64,000 nucleotides of DNA, from contig JBNJNM010000010.1 in the NCBI GenBank assembly GCA_052426225.1, positions 806,001-870,000 of the forward strand, in the 5' to 3' direction. Origin of the DNA: Zancudomyces culisetae HAW-14-8 (taxonomy: Eukaryota > Fungi > Kickxellomycota). Shown piece by piece: positions 10,954 to 22,544 of this stretch. Made by a program: the position numbers and the translations under genes. The notes beneath the pieces were generated by a model, which was not told the DNA's origin, searched no databases, and worked only from the letters and a program-made list of their open reading frames with translations. Position 1 is the first letter of the stretch; every line of letters begins with the position of its first letter.

Positions 10954-13518
10954 ATGGCCCAGACCGAAAACAACGATATCCAAGCTCGCGTAGTATCCGA
11001 CTGCTTGCAAATCCTAAATGTTTTAGAAAGCTGGGACTCCAACTTGCCACATCCCAAAGCCGATCCCACTTCTCCACATACCACCAACCATGACGACACA
11101 GAAACGGATACAACCACTCTTATAAGAGGTAATTTTATCCAGACAGCGTTGGAATTACAACAACGAGACAAAGTAGCCAAAATTAGATTGGGTCTCAATC
11201 GCTTCAAGAGTGTTGTCAAAGCCGAACTGAAATACTGGCAAAACATGTCGGCTACCAACACGGAGAGTTCTGGTGGTGATTCTGTCGATCCCAACCATCA
11301 GACCTCGAATCCAGTTTCCAAATCTCAAACAGGTAAAGCTACGACAAATGTAAAAGTCACACCCAATACACCTTATTTTAACAGTTTACTCTCGAATATC
11401 AGAAACTCTACTGGTGTGGTTGCCCTTTTGGAGACAATCAACTTTACAGATTTAGACACAATTTCAAACAACCTCGAAGGCACAAGAGGCTATAAAACCT
11501 TATCGTTTAACACAAATGAAAATAAGAGTAAAAGTAAAAAACCAGGGTCAACACCATCGTCAAAATCCAAAACTGGATCTAGTATTGGAAACACCAATAA
11601 AAAGAACAGCAAAGTAAAGATCGATATTATCAGAAACCATGGCAAAGAATGGGTCAAAGTTATAAACCGCACCTTGCCCAGCTATTGGAAAGAACTCTCG
11701 ATACTATGTTTTGAAGAAGATGAAGACTACGACATATACGATACTCAAAAGATCGAGGAAGAACAAAAAGAAGTAGAGGAGGAGGAGGAGGAGGATGACG
11801 ATATTGAAATCATTGATACCAAATATGGAAAAGTTTGGAAAATCAAACCCCGACATGCCACCAAACTGAAAATGTTCGAAAAAGCCAAAACTGTCGCCAT
11901 ATGCTTCGAGTACATCAAAAAGCTGAATTCCGACAACAAAGTAATATATAATACAACTGGAATAAACAACAGTTCGATTGGAATCAGCAATGTAAATAGT
12001 GGGAATAATAATCTATATAACAATGTTGAAAAAATTGTGTTTTCTTTTAAGCGAGCAGATATTTTCCCAGATAAAAGTAATAGTGGTGAGAAAGATAGCG
12101 ACTATGAAATATATGCGGAATACTGCAAGCAAATGAGTGATACAATTGTGGAAGGACTAAAAAAAATGAATATTCAGGTAGAGTATTTTGATGAACTGGA
12201 ATACTTACCCCCACAGCAAGAGGATGGGAAAAGTGATTCATTGGACACTAGTGGTGTTATGGAGGACAATGAAGAGTTGGAAAGAATATTTGACTATAAA
12301 ATACCTTTGTTACAACCAACACTCAGCCAGTACAACCGTAATCCGGATGGTGGTAGTGATAAACAAGAAGAAACGTTGGTAAAAGAGTTCTTTCTGGATA
12401 TCACAACTATCTGTGTATTAGCTTCGCATACATCACAACTTTCCGAGTATGACATCACAAAAAACAAAATCCAAATCCTACCCGAATATAATACTAACTG
12501 GTTAGAATTGCAGTTAAACCAACAACGGTATCAAGGAAACAGTTCTGGCCCCAATGGCGATGATACCAAAGGCCAAGATGGCAATGACACCAACGTTAAT
12601 ACTAGTAGTGGTGTCGAAAGTAGGCTGAGTTTGATATTACAGCAATTTGCACTACTCTTCTCGTATATATATATCAACACTAGTGATACCAACGATAAAA
12701 ATGGAAACACTAGGATAGTTCCAAAACTAACAACCACAAGCTCAGCCTATTCTCGGGTCATGGAAACAGTCGGCCAAGTGGGTGGGTATATCGAATATAT
12801 CCGCTGCAAGTCTCTCTTTGTTTGTTTCTGTGACCACCCTAGATACCGCTCAATATGTGGATGTTTAAATAATCTGGCAAATACCCACACACCCACTAAT
12901 GATGGAAATGGTGCCAATACCATTGATGCTTCTTCCATTAGCACTGATGCGAATGATGAGGATCTTGAAGTTCCACAATCGATTCTGCCACCTCACGACG
13001 TTTCCGCCCATACCCAAGGTGATGTTTCGAGCAAGCCAAAGAGTTTATACCAGGTATGGGACTCCTGGTTCAACATATTTGATTCCAAGACCGAGATGCT
13101 TGGCCTCGGGTTTACAAAAAGAGTTTTGCCACACATCTATATCATTGACCCAATCCCTTCCCAAAGATTCGTGGATTTATATACCCAGCTCACCAACCCA
13201 ACACCTGACTCCAGCGAAAATTCTACAAAAGGAGTAGATGACAATAGTAACAGTAGTAGCGGCAATGCAAATGTTCAGTTCACAAAACTACATTTAGACG
13301 TCTTTGGGTCTGCTGATTCGCTGAATATTCCAGTTACCACCGCAAACTACAGCATTGTGAAACTAGTCAACAACAAATCCAAGTTGTTTACACTCAATAG
13401 CGTGTACCTCCACCAACCCAGATCGTTTAGCGAGCCTAGATTCTTTGCCAACTTGAATCTTCACTACAAGAAAAAACTCCGGAATACTAATCCAGAAACA
13501 CCAATAAAATCTGATTAA
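10954..13518 (+). CDS. DUF1308 / UPF0415 (C7orf25-like) family protein, intronless
   Basis: 854-aa ORF with IDIIRNHGKEWVKV, LDITTICVLAS, VFGSADSLNIPVTTAN and C-terminal HQPRSFSE, recalled as motifs of this family. Confidence 0.75.
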   Translation: MAQTENNDIQARVVSDCLQILNVLESWDSNLPHPKADPTSPHTTNHDDTETDTTTLIRGNFIQTALELQQRDKVAKIRLGLNRFKSVVKAELKYWQNMSATNTESSGGDSVDPNHQTSNPVSKSQTGKATTNVKVTPNTPYFNSLLSNIRNSTGVVALLETINFTDLDTISNNLEGTRGYKTLSFNTNENKSKSKKPGSTPSSKSKTGSSIGNTNKKNSKVKIDIIRNHGKEWVKVINRTLPSYWKELSILCFEEDEDYDIYDTQKIEEEQKEVEEEEEEDDDIEIIDTKYGKVWKIKPRHATKLKMFEKAKTVAICFEYIKKLNSDNKVIYNTTGINNSSIGISNVNSGNNNLYNNVEKIVFSFKRADIFPDKSNSGEKDSDYEIYAEYCKQMSDTIVEGLKKMNIQVEYFDELEYLPPQQEDGKSDSLDTSGVMEDNEELERIFDYKIPLLQPTLSQYNRNPDGGSDKQEETLVKEFFLDITTICVLASHTSQLSEYDITKNKIQILPEYNTNWLELQLNQQRYQGNSSGPNGDDTKGQDGNDTNVNTSSGVESRLSLILQQFALLFSYIYINTSDTNDKNGNTRIVPKLTTTSSAYSRVMETVGQVGGYIEYIRCKSLFVCFCDHPRYRSICGCLNNLANTHTPTNDGNGANTIDASSISTDANDEDLEVPQSILPPHDVSAHTQGDVSSKPKSLYQVWDSWFNIFDSKTEMLGLGFTKRVLPHIYIIDPIPSQRFVDLYTQLTNPTPDSSENSTKGVDDNSNSSSGNANVQFTKLHLDVFGSADSLNIPVTTANYSIVKLVNNKSKLFTLNSVYLHQPRSFSEPRFFANLNLHYKKKLRNTNPETPIKSD

Positions 13519-13720
13519 TTTTTACCCTCCTCTCTCTCTCCCTCTCTCATTCCTGTCTCTCATTCCTGTCTCGTTTATTTCTTTTTCTTTTCGTTCCAGA
13601 AATAGTACCACAAACAGCTTTAAACTCGATTTTGCATGTCCGAAAATACTATATAACGCTCTAGAGTTTTTTTTTTATTAATATTGTTTTCTTCTATATA
13701 ATTATACTTTTTTGCTTGTT

Positions 13721-16075
13721 TTAAAACAGGTTGCGGTTTTTCAAATATAGTTCAACCTCTGCCCCTGTGAATCCCTCTGTTTCCTGAACCATTTTTTCAA
13801 TGTTAACTTGGTTACTACCATTGTTAGCATCACTAAAGCCTCCTATCCGCAGCTTTTGCTTTATAATCTCCTGTCGATCTTGAGGCGTTGGGTTATCGAC
13901 ATGTATTAATAGATCGATTCTGCCTATTTGGTTGTTATTTATTCCATTGTAAATTACTCTTGAATTATCACATTTACCACATCTACAATTAGTAGTATTA
14001 GATGTGTGGTTTATGTTTTGAAAACACAAAAAATACAAGTAAAATACAGTTTTTAAAGCCTTACCTGGCCGCAAAAGCTCCCGATTAACCATCTCGAGTT
14101 TATTGGTAGCAGCAAGAATGAATACCATGCAGCTTGGTGATGTACGCATGGATTCCATCCCATTGGTAGTCAAACTTTTTGAGTCTGAAACCCCATAATC
14201 TTTCTGTTGCTGTTGCTGTTGCTGTTGATCCAATTCATCAAGTTCTGCAACAAACTGCTTCAATAGATTTCTGTTTACTTTTGAAGATCCTCCACGCTTA
14301 CCATTACCATTACTATTACCATTTCCCCATCCCCCTCTTTGCCCTTCCCTTTTCCGCTCTTCATCATCTTCATCACCACTATCCGCATCGGATGATATAT
14401 AATTCACAAACGGAGTAGGAAAAAGAGCTTCAATCTCATCTATAAATATTATCGTGGGCTGCATCTCTTTGGCCCGTTTAAACACTCCGTGGATGTATTT
14501 TTCTGTTTCTCCAACATACGCGTTGATTACCTGCGATGGTTTTAGCGCAATCATGTTGTATCCACTCTGCATTACCATCGATTTTGCAAACCTTGTCTTT
14601 CCATTTCCCGGTGGTCCATATAACAAGACACCCTTGTTGTACCTAAACCGCAATGTCTCACCCATACTCATACCCACATCCACACCCACATTCACACCCA
14701 CATTCACACCCGTATCCATTCCATTACTTTTACTTTCTCCTAGTCCACGTGACAGTTTGATCTCGGTTAATCCGCATTTTGGATATTTTACTAGCCTTTC
14801 CCACAACAGCCGTTTTATTTCGGGGTATCCCGCTATTATTTCTTGGTTCTCCATCCATTGCTGCTCTGAAGAATTACTTTGTGTTTTCCCCGACTCTTGA
14901 TCACCACCTCCATTAGTACTATCAGACACCATATACTTTTTATTTTTAAGAATTCCATTCTCAGGGTCACGCAGCAACATTTCATGGCTAACACTTATTC
15001 TTTCCTTGATCCCTGTTAGCTTTCGCTGCAGTTCTTGCATCTGCATTGCCTTCAGCACTGTTCTTTTTACAACATTATGTACATCACTTATAGTGTATCC
15101 ATAACTTTTATCGCCCAACTCTTTACAAGATATATTTCCATTTCCCCCATCATTACCGTCAATTGAACTAGTACTGCCACTCCCGACAATATTTCGAATT
15201 CCATACTTTTGCAGATAAAACACAAACATGTTTTCCCGATTTTCTGGCCGTGGAGTTTGTAAAGTAAGCACCTCTTCAAATGCACTCAATAATCCAAAAC
15301 TAGACTTGTCTACCTCTGTGGTATTTCTAACATTATTACCATCGCTATTGAATGTACCCAGCACCATTGTCCTTTCTGTATATTCTTGAAGTACCCTTAA
15401 CACCTTTTGTTGATACATTCGGTTCTTGTATACTTGAATATCCTTTATTAGCACTATTACCATCAACGTTATATTATACACCATTTATTAATAAACAATC
15501 TGCCACATCCATCAAAAATGAATGGTAAAGGTGTTTTCAAAACCTTTGTTGATTTTTCTTATATATCCTTACCTGCATACTTTGCAAGATTCATTCGTTG
15601 CTTCTCAATGTATCCACAGACCTCATTTACAGTTTGGTACTTTGTGAATTCTATCATTCCAATCTCAATCAATTTTATGCCGTATTTTTCGCATGCTAGT
15701 TTTACCATCAACTTTTTGCCTATTTTTTAATAGTTTAGAGTAATAATTTTGAGTTTGAAAAAGAAAAGCAGGTTAGAGCTAAAAAAAAATGCGTAATAAT
15801 ATACTCAATCATACCTGTTCCACTTTCACCCATGATCAACACCCCCTCTGTTCGCAGCTGCCTCAACTCCTCACTTTCTGCATAGCCAATCTCAAAGATC
15901 TCTTGGATTCTATTGTACAAAATTATCTCTCTCAACCTTATGCTTGCTTTTCTTTGGATCGTTTGCTGGTCCTCAATCTAAATATTATTGAATTTATGTT
16001 TTTGTGTATTAATAGCACGAGAATTGAGTCTTACCTCTTTCCAGGCTCCCCAAATAACCCCTCAATCATATCCAT
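13721..16075 (-). CDS. Tandem AAA+ ATPase (CDC48/AFG2-like superfamily) with degenerate first AAA module; 5' end uncertain
   Basis: D2: GVLLYGPPGNGKT, IIFIDEIEAL, FILAATN..LLRPG|RID, GFTGAEV. D1: GVLIMGESGTG|KK and VLIKD. Introns near 15720-15813, 15455-15572 and 13924-14064. Confidence 0.8.
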
Positions 16076-16466
16076 TCCTCGCGATATATTACAAAGAGTT
16101 CTGGTTGTGTTCAAAAAATTTGGTGAGTTGCAGTATTTGAGCTTAACAGATGGTCTAAAAGGATCAAAAACACAAGTTCAAACCACTTGTTTTTTTTTTA
16201 AGCGTGACTGGGAACAATACCACCAAAAAATCTCTCGATCGAATAATGTTCGTCAATTTCTCTGGATGGCAAACCCCCGTCTGGGTTAATAGCTACCAAT
16301 CAAATCATCATTTGTAGGTCAAAAAAATTTTTTTTTTAGTATTGCGGGTTTATTTCGATTTGGTTGTGGTATACAGTGTGAACGAGGCTTCAAGATAATT
16401 AAAGAATCAATCCGTTGGATCTCCGTAAAACTAAAAGGATCAGCTAGTAAAGAACCTATAATACTA

Positions 16467-18425
16467 ATGGAGGAAATAAAGGCATTAGAATTCTACAGCG
16501 GAATAGGCAAGTATATACCCTATTAATCAAGACATTTTCTGAAATATCAAAGTAACAAATTCATCCATACTCATCAAACCCCTTCTCTAAAAATCAATAC
16601 GCATTAATAAAAATAGGTGGAATGGTAAAATGATACAATTTTTTTTAAACACGATTTTTTACAGAAGAGAGAATCTGTGTATTAAACATCAACAATTATC
16701 ACGAAAAATAAATAGCACTATGCGATAAAACAAACAGCATCGAATGTCAAGGTTCTTAAAGCATTTGATATAAACCCATTGGCCAACAAAGTGTACAAAA
16801 ACAATTTTCCAGATGTTGAGATTGTCCAGGTATGTAATAGAATCTAATTGAATCTTGTAGTGTGTTATTTTTGCAAATTATCATTACGAATGTACTAAGT
16901 TATACTGGGCTTGCACGATAGCGAAACATTGAAGCGTTACCAATAGCATATTATGAACGAATTGGTGCTGAACTATGGACCCTCTCACCTCCATGTCAAC
17001 CAGTAAGTATCACAGGACTACGATCAGCATTTGTATATATATATATACATATATACAGGTGTATTGCAAGTTTTGAAACATGTGATTAACAAACAGCAGA
17101 GAGAAAAAATTTGTAGAATAATAACAATTTAAATACTAATAGTATACTAGACAAGGACATCAAAAGGGAAGTTTGGATAATCGAAGCAAGAGTTTTCTTT
17201 ACATTATTGAAATACTTGGCAAAATGCAGAACAAGCCAAAGTTCATACTAATCGAAAACGTGGTTGGTTTTGAGGTATGTGTTTTTCTACCACTAATCAA
17301 TATATTAATATGTCTTTTTTTTTGTTTATTAGTAATGAATTATAGTAAGGAAAAAAATATAATTTACTCGATTTATTGAAATTAAATGATGCTGAGAATA
17401 ATTGACTTTATATGTACTAGAAATCCGATACTAGAGAAAAACTGGTTATACAGTTGGAAAATAACGGGTATGAAATCAACGAGTACATACTTAACCCTCT
17501 ACAATTTGGGTATCCCAATTCACGTAGTCGATATTACATGACTGCAAAGCGGGTGGATACAACAAAGACGACTGCAACAACAACAGTAACACAGACAGTT
17601 CAAGAAAATCAAACTGATAGGGAAAACGTAAATTTTAGAGGTTCTGAGACAGGCGAAACAAGTACATATGTCATAAACTCCATAGTACAATACAAAATAA
17701 AGAACGAAAAGGATGTACATTTCAAACTACCAACAAAAGATGAAGCCGGGAAGTTGGTATACGAACCAAGGACAGCATCGGAGGGCGGGCGAAAGGTGGA
17801 AGAGTATCTGGAGCAGTGTGATGTTGCACAAGAGTATTTGATACAAATGGGGGACCTTGATGAATTGGCCAAGTTTGGTGAGGGTCAAAAAAACGATGCT
17901 GGAGAAAATGAGGACAATGAAGGGTGTGGAAATCTAAATGGTAGTAGTAACAGTAACAGTAACAGTAATGGGAATGGGAATGGGAATGGGAATGAAAATA
18001 AAGATGGCGAAAATACGACAAGTAGTGTAACTGGCTGTGGTACGATAGAATCTGAACAACAGAAACTGACAGATACACGGGAAACGCTAAAGCGAAAAAG
18101 AAGAAATTATGTATTTGATATGGCGACACCTGAGGATTTCCGGACCTGCTGTTTTACAAAATCGTATGGAAGATATAACGAGGGAACTGGATCAATTCTA
18201 AAAATAGAAAATGATAATGTAGAGAACAATGAAAACAAAGGCGGATCAAAAGTAACAACTAGATACTTTACTGAAAGAGAGATTGCAAACTTGATGGGCT
18301 TTCCAAAGGATACATTTAAGTTTGAAAATTTAAACCTGAGTAAAAAACAAATGTATAAACTATTGGGAAATAGCTTGAACGTTGCAGTAGTAACAAGATT
18401 ATTAGAAAGTTTACTGCCCAACTAA
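16467..18425 (+). CDS. TRDMT1: tRNA (cytosine-38-C5)-methyltransferase DNMT2/TRDMT1/Pmt1, exons 16467-16506, 16617-16624, 16716-16829, 16922-17002, 17143-17274, 17421-18425
   Basis: Motif I LEFYSGI|GGM|H, AFDIN, SPPCQP|YTRQG, ENVVGFE, PNSRSRYY, DNMT2-specific CCFTKSY..GTGS, RYFTEREIANLMGFP, LLGNSLNV. Confidence 0.94.
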
Positions 18426-18533
18426 CAAGATTTGTGTAAATATTTTCATGTCATTTGGTTGTAGGATGTTCGTCTCTTTTTTTTTATTTTTTAATGAGTG
18501 CATTTCTCATGTTTGTTAATGCAGCTAATTGTG

Positions 18534-21306
18534 CTATTTGTAATGATCCATTTTGTTCATAAACTCTTGTTGCAGATCCTTGATTTGAATAGTGCCCAGG
18601 TTTTTATTATCAATGTAGTTTTTGACATTAATGGTTTTGTTTTGTGCGTTATCCAGTCCTACAGTGATGTGGTAGTTGTAATTTAGTTCTTTTGCTCGGT
18701 TCTTGATCTTGTAAGTTGGTTGGTGGTAGTTTTTTTCAAAATCTACGTGGAATGAATAGTTTTTCATGCGAATACTGGTAGTGTCAGGATTATTTTGGTT
18801 GGGTTGGCTAGATACATTACTATTGACGCCTGTGTTGGTGGCGGGGTATAAACGATCCAAGTATTTTACACTGTTTGATCCACCACTCAGCAAACGCTTC
18901 ACAGTATCGGCATACTCAAGGATAATACCTTTATCTTTCACACTGGTAGAATCATCAATGGTAGGAATGACAATTGCTTGACGTGGAGATATCCAAAATG
19001 GCCATCGGCCCTCATAGTACTCAATAAGCAGCGCCATCATACGTTCAAGACTACCCAAAACCGCACGGTGAATGATCACAGGCCGCGACTTGGCGGAGCC
19101 ATCGGCGTTGGAATAATAGAGGTTAAATCTCTCGGGCAGCTGGAAGTCCAGTTGAATAGTGGCAGTTTGATGGCGCCGACCGTATGCATCTCGCACATCA
19201 ATGTCGATTTTGGGGCCATAAAAGGCACCATCACCGTGCTTTATGTCGTAAGCAATTCCAGATGTGTCGAGTGCGGTTTTTAGCAAGCTTTCAGCCCTAT
19301 CCCAGGTATCAGAAGTTCCGATATATTTTTCAGGTCTGGTCGACAGAGAAAGAGAATAGTTATCGAAGCGAAGAATCGAATATACTTCGGCGATCATCTG
19401 AAGCTGCTTCGAAATTTCCTTTCCAATATCATCGAAGCTGCAAAAGATGTGGCCATCGTCTTGATGGAATTTCCGCACCCTAGTCAGTCCAACAAGTGTA
19501 CCACTTGGTTCGTTTCGATGCAGTGCTGTAAAGTCTGCGTATCGGAGTGGTAGATCATTGGCTGATTTAGGCGCACTCTTATACACCAAGCAGTGTGATG
19601 GACAATTCATGGGCTTCAACCCCACTTCTGGCACAGCTGGGCCTGCTGTATCGTTGGGATTTGCATCTACAACTGCATACATATCGTTTTTATAGTTTTC
19701 CCAATGCCCACTAGTTTCCCACAATTCTTTATTGAACATCAATGGTGTGATTATCTCTTGAAATTCATACTCTTCGTATTTACTACGCATCAGCTGGACC
19801 AACCTGTTGAACAGTCGCGTTCCTGCAGGTAAAAATATTGGTGAGCCTGGTGATGTTTTATGCACCAAAAACAAGTCCTGGGTCCTGCTTATTGCACGGT
19901 GATTGATTTTGGCAAGGCTGGCGAGGTACGCTACGTAATTTTTTCGTAGTTCCTTGGTGCTAAACGAAACACCATATATGCGATTAAATATTGGATCCTT
20001 TGTGGTTGTTTCAACAGTCATTTTTTCATTGTCTCTTTTCCGGTCTACATAATAGTGACACGAGCCGTATTTTAGCCCATGCTCATACCCAAGTTGCCCC
20101 ATGTTTTGTACCAACGGCGACTCCAATACATCTACTGTATTTTCACACTTGTATAATCGTATTCCAGCCTGCATAACACCGCTACCACTACCACTACCAC
20201 TACCAACACCAGCTATGTTTTGTTCATGTTCTTGGAACATCTTTTCAATTTTCAACTGTCGGAATGGGTTGAAATTCATAATCTCCAACGCCTTCTCCTT
20301 ATCCACTTTAAGTGATTTTATTTCTCTTTTCTTTAGTGCAAGCACTGCAAAATCTTCCCATAGTTTGTCTATGTCTTTTTGTCGCAAAAATTCAAATATT
20401 TCGTTATGAATTTTACTAAGTTCTAGCACCTTATCCAGTGCACTTTTCTGCTTGTCTAACACTATCTCACTATACTTTTCCATCTTTTCTTTTTTTATCA
20501 GACCGTAGTCAAAGTAGAACCCTCGCCCTTCCCTACTCAACTCATTTTCTCCGTAGTCTTCCACATTTTTCAATAAATTTTGATAATCTATTGAAATAGC
20601 TCTATCCCCAAACCGGTATTCAAGAGCGACTCCTAGTGCAAACGAGGAGGAATACCAATGTATCTGGTTGTATCTCCTGTCAACCTCCTCATTAGTCAGG
20701 AATTTTAAGGTTCCTCCTGTTTCTAGTTTCTCGCTTAAATCAATGGGTTTGTTATCTAGTAATGCCACTATAGATTTTTCCCTGTTGAATGTGTACTCCC
20801 TGTCGATGTGACTGGCTATCCCCTTTTCCTCAGCTAATTTTTGTCTTAATTGTGTTGACTTTTTTGGTTCAAAATCTAACAGTCCCAGATCATGAGCGCT
20901 GTACGTATTTTTTGGTATTTGCAGCTTACTATCCCCATACGAAATCGTGATTTCACCCTCACTCTTCTTTGCTCTTGCGAGCTCAGCTTTTTCTTCTGCA
21001 AGCCATTTATTCACTCTTTCCTGTATCCTTACTGTTGCGTATCCTAGTTGAATTAAGGTTCAACTTAGTTTTGTTTTATTGATTTAAAATATCTTTTCCA
21101 AATCTTTAGCCACAATTGGTATGTATTTGCTACCTGAATGCAAGGATATTAAATAAAAATGTTATACCAAAAATAACATAAAATAAAAAGTACAATCTAC
21201 CTTGAGGATTAATCCCGCTATATGATCTAGTGACAGTCGCTCTACTTAGACACACTCTTTTATATTTACCAGCACTCTTACAGAGCCCCACCCAGTTCAA
21301 GTACAT
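18534..21306 (-). CDS. MST1: Threonyl-tRNA synthetase, probably mitochondrial; exons 21306-21201 and 21043-18534
   Basis: LWETSGHWENY, LKPMNCPSHC, HRNEPSG, TRVRKFHQDDGHIF, GAFYGPKID, QLDFQLPERF, IHRAVLGSLER. The Arg/Ser-rich first exon resembles a targeting peptide. Confidence 0.93.
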
Positions 21307-22544
21307 AATATTCTATTATTCGCTCGTTGTTGTTGTTGTTATTGTTGTTTATTCGAATATAATTAAGGTTTACTAATCTATAACACTAGTGCCAATTTTT
21401 ATTTTTCATATCTCTTTTGCTCTATCAAATTGTTGTAATTTTATTTTTGATTACCACTTGTGATCTGCCAATAACTCTACCAAAGTAACTAGCCAATGAA
21501 AACTTGAGAAAACACGAACTATTTCTTTCCCCCAATCCTTACCCGCCCCTCCCCCCAAGCCTCCATCCTCCATTCTTTCTACCTGTTTATTTGACCAATC
21601 TTTTATTTTAGTTTTCACGTTGTTTTTTTTCATTACACAAGAAAAATTCTCAATCTAAAATAAATGTCGGAAGGATTCACATGAATCTTGGTAAACAATC
21701 CAATTTTCGTTCTCCTGCTACTACACATTCTGCTGGACAATTTAATGGAAAATAAAAGTAAAATAGCTCCTCTACCAAACCTGAGCTAGTTCCACAAAAG
21801 GAAAAAAAAAGACAATCCGATCAGGCTATTATTGTGGTGAAGATTGGGCCCGAGTCTCGTACACATCAAAAAAAAAAAAAAAAAACAAAATACTAATCGA
21901 ATTTTTCCATATATTCTACTTGCACTTTATTTCAATTAATGAATGGCAGTAAAAAAAAAACAGTATTCTATGTCCAAACAGAAAATGCGGACCTACCCAT
22001 GTTTTACAGGAGATAAAAGCAGAAAAAACTAATGTACAAAGAATAGTAAAAATCTACGAGCTTAGGGGCAATTTAATACAAATCAAGATAAAGGGATAAG
22101 GTGGGTGGTTTTTTGTCGTGGTTGGAGGAAGTAAAATTTTACACGATACGAAACAAACCAACATCGCAGGTTGTTCCGTTAAAGATTTAAAGCAAGTTGC
22201 ACTGGGAAAAATGTAACAAGTTCTCTGCAGTTGAAAATACAGAATTTTTCGGTGTCATTCGTGGCTATACTCACATACCCAAGCAGATAGCAAATGAAAT
22301 AAAAAAGCAATGCGATAAGAGAAGTTGGGGGGAAGAAACAAGCTTCCTCATTTTCTGACTCTGTTTGACATAGTGCAAATGGTTTTCCGTATCGCAAGAA
22401 ACTTTTGACACTTGGTCAAAGAGAGAAATGCGTAGCATTCCAGATATCTTTTGACCAAGCGGATGATGTTACAAGATCACCAATTTCACCTGCTCATAGG
22501 CATTGAAAGCAACAAAAGACGCAATTTCCGATGCCTTTTGAAAA

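Noticed and set aside
16035-16080. In-frame TGA upstream of the AAA gene as a possible selenocysteine codon (some early-diverging fungi use Sec)
   Set aside because: That frame has no start codon and other stops upstream. There is no redox-motif context, and no SECIS was recognised.
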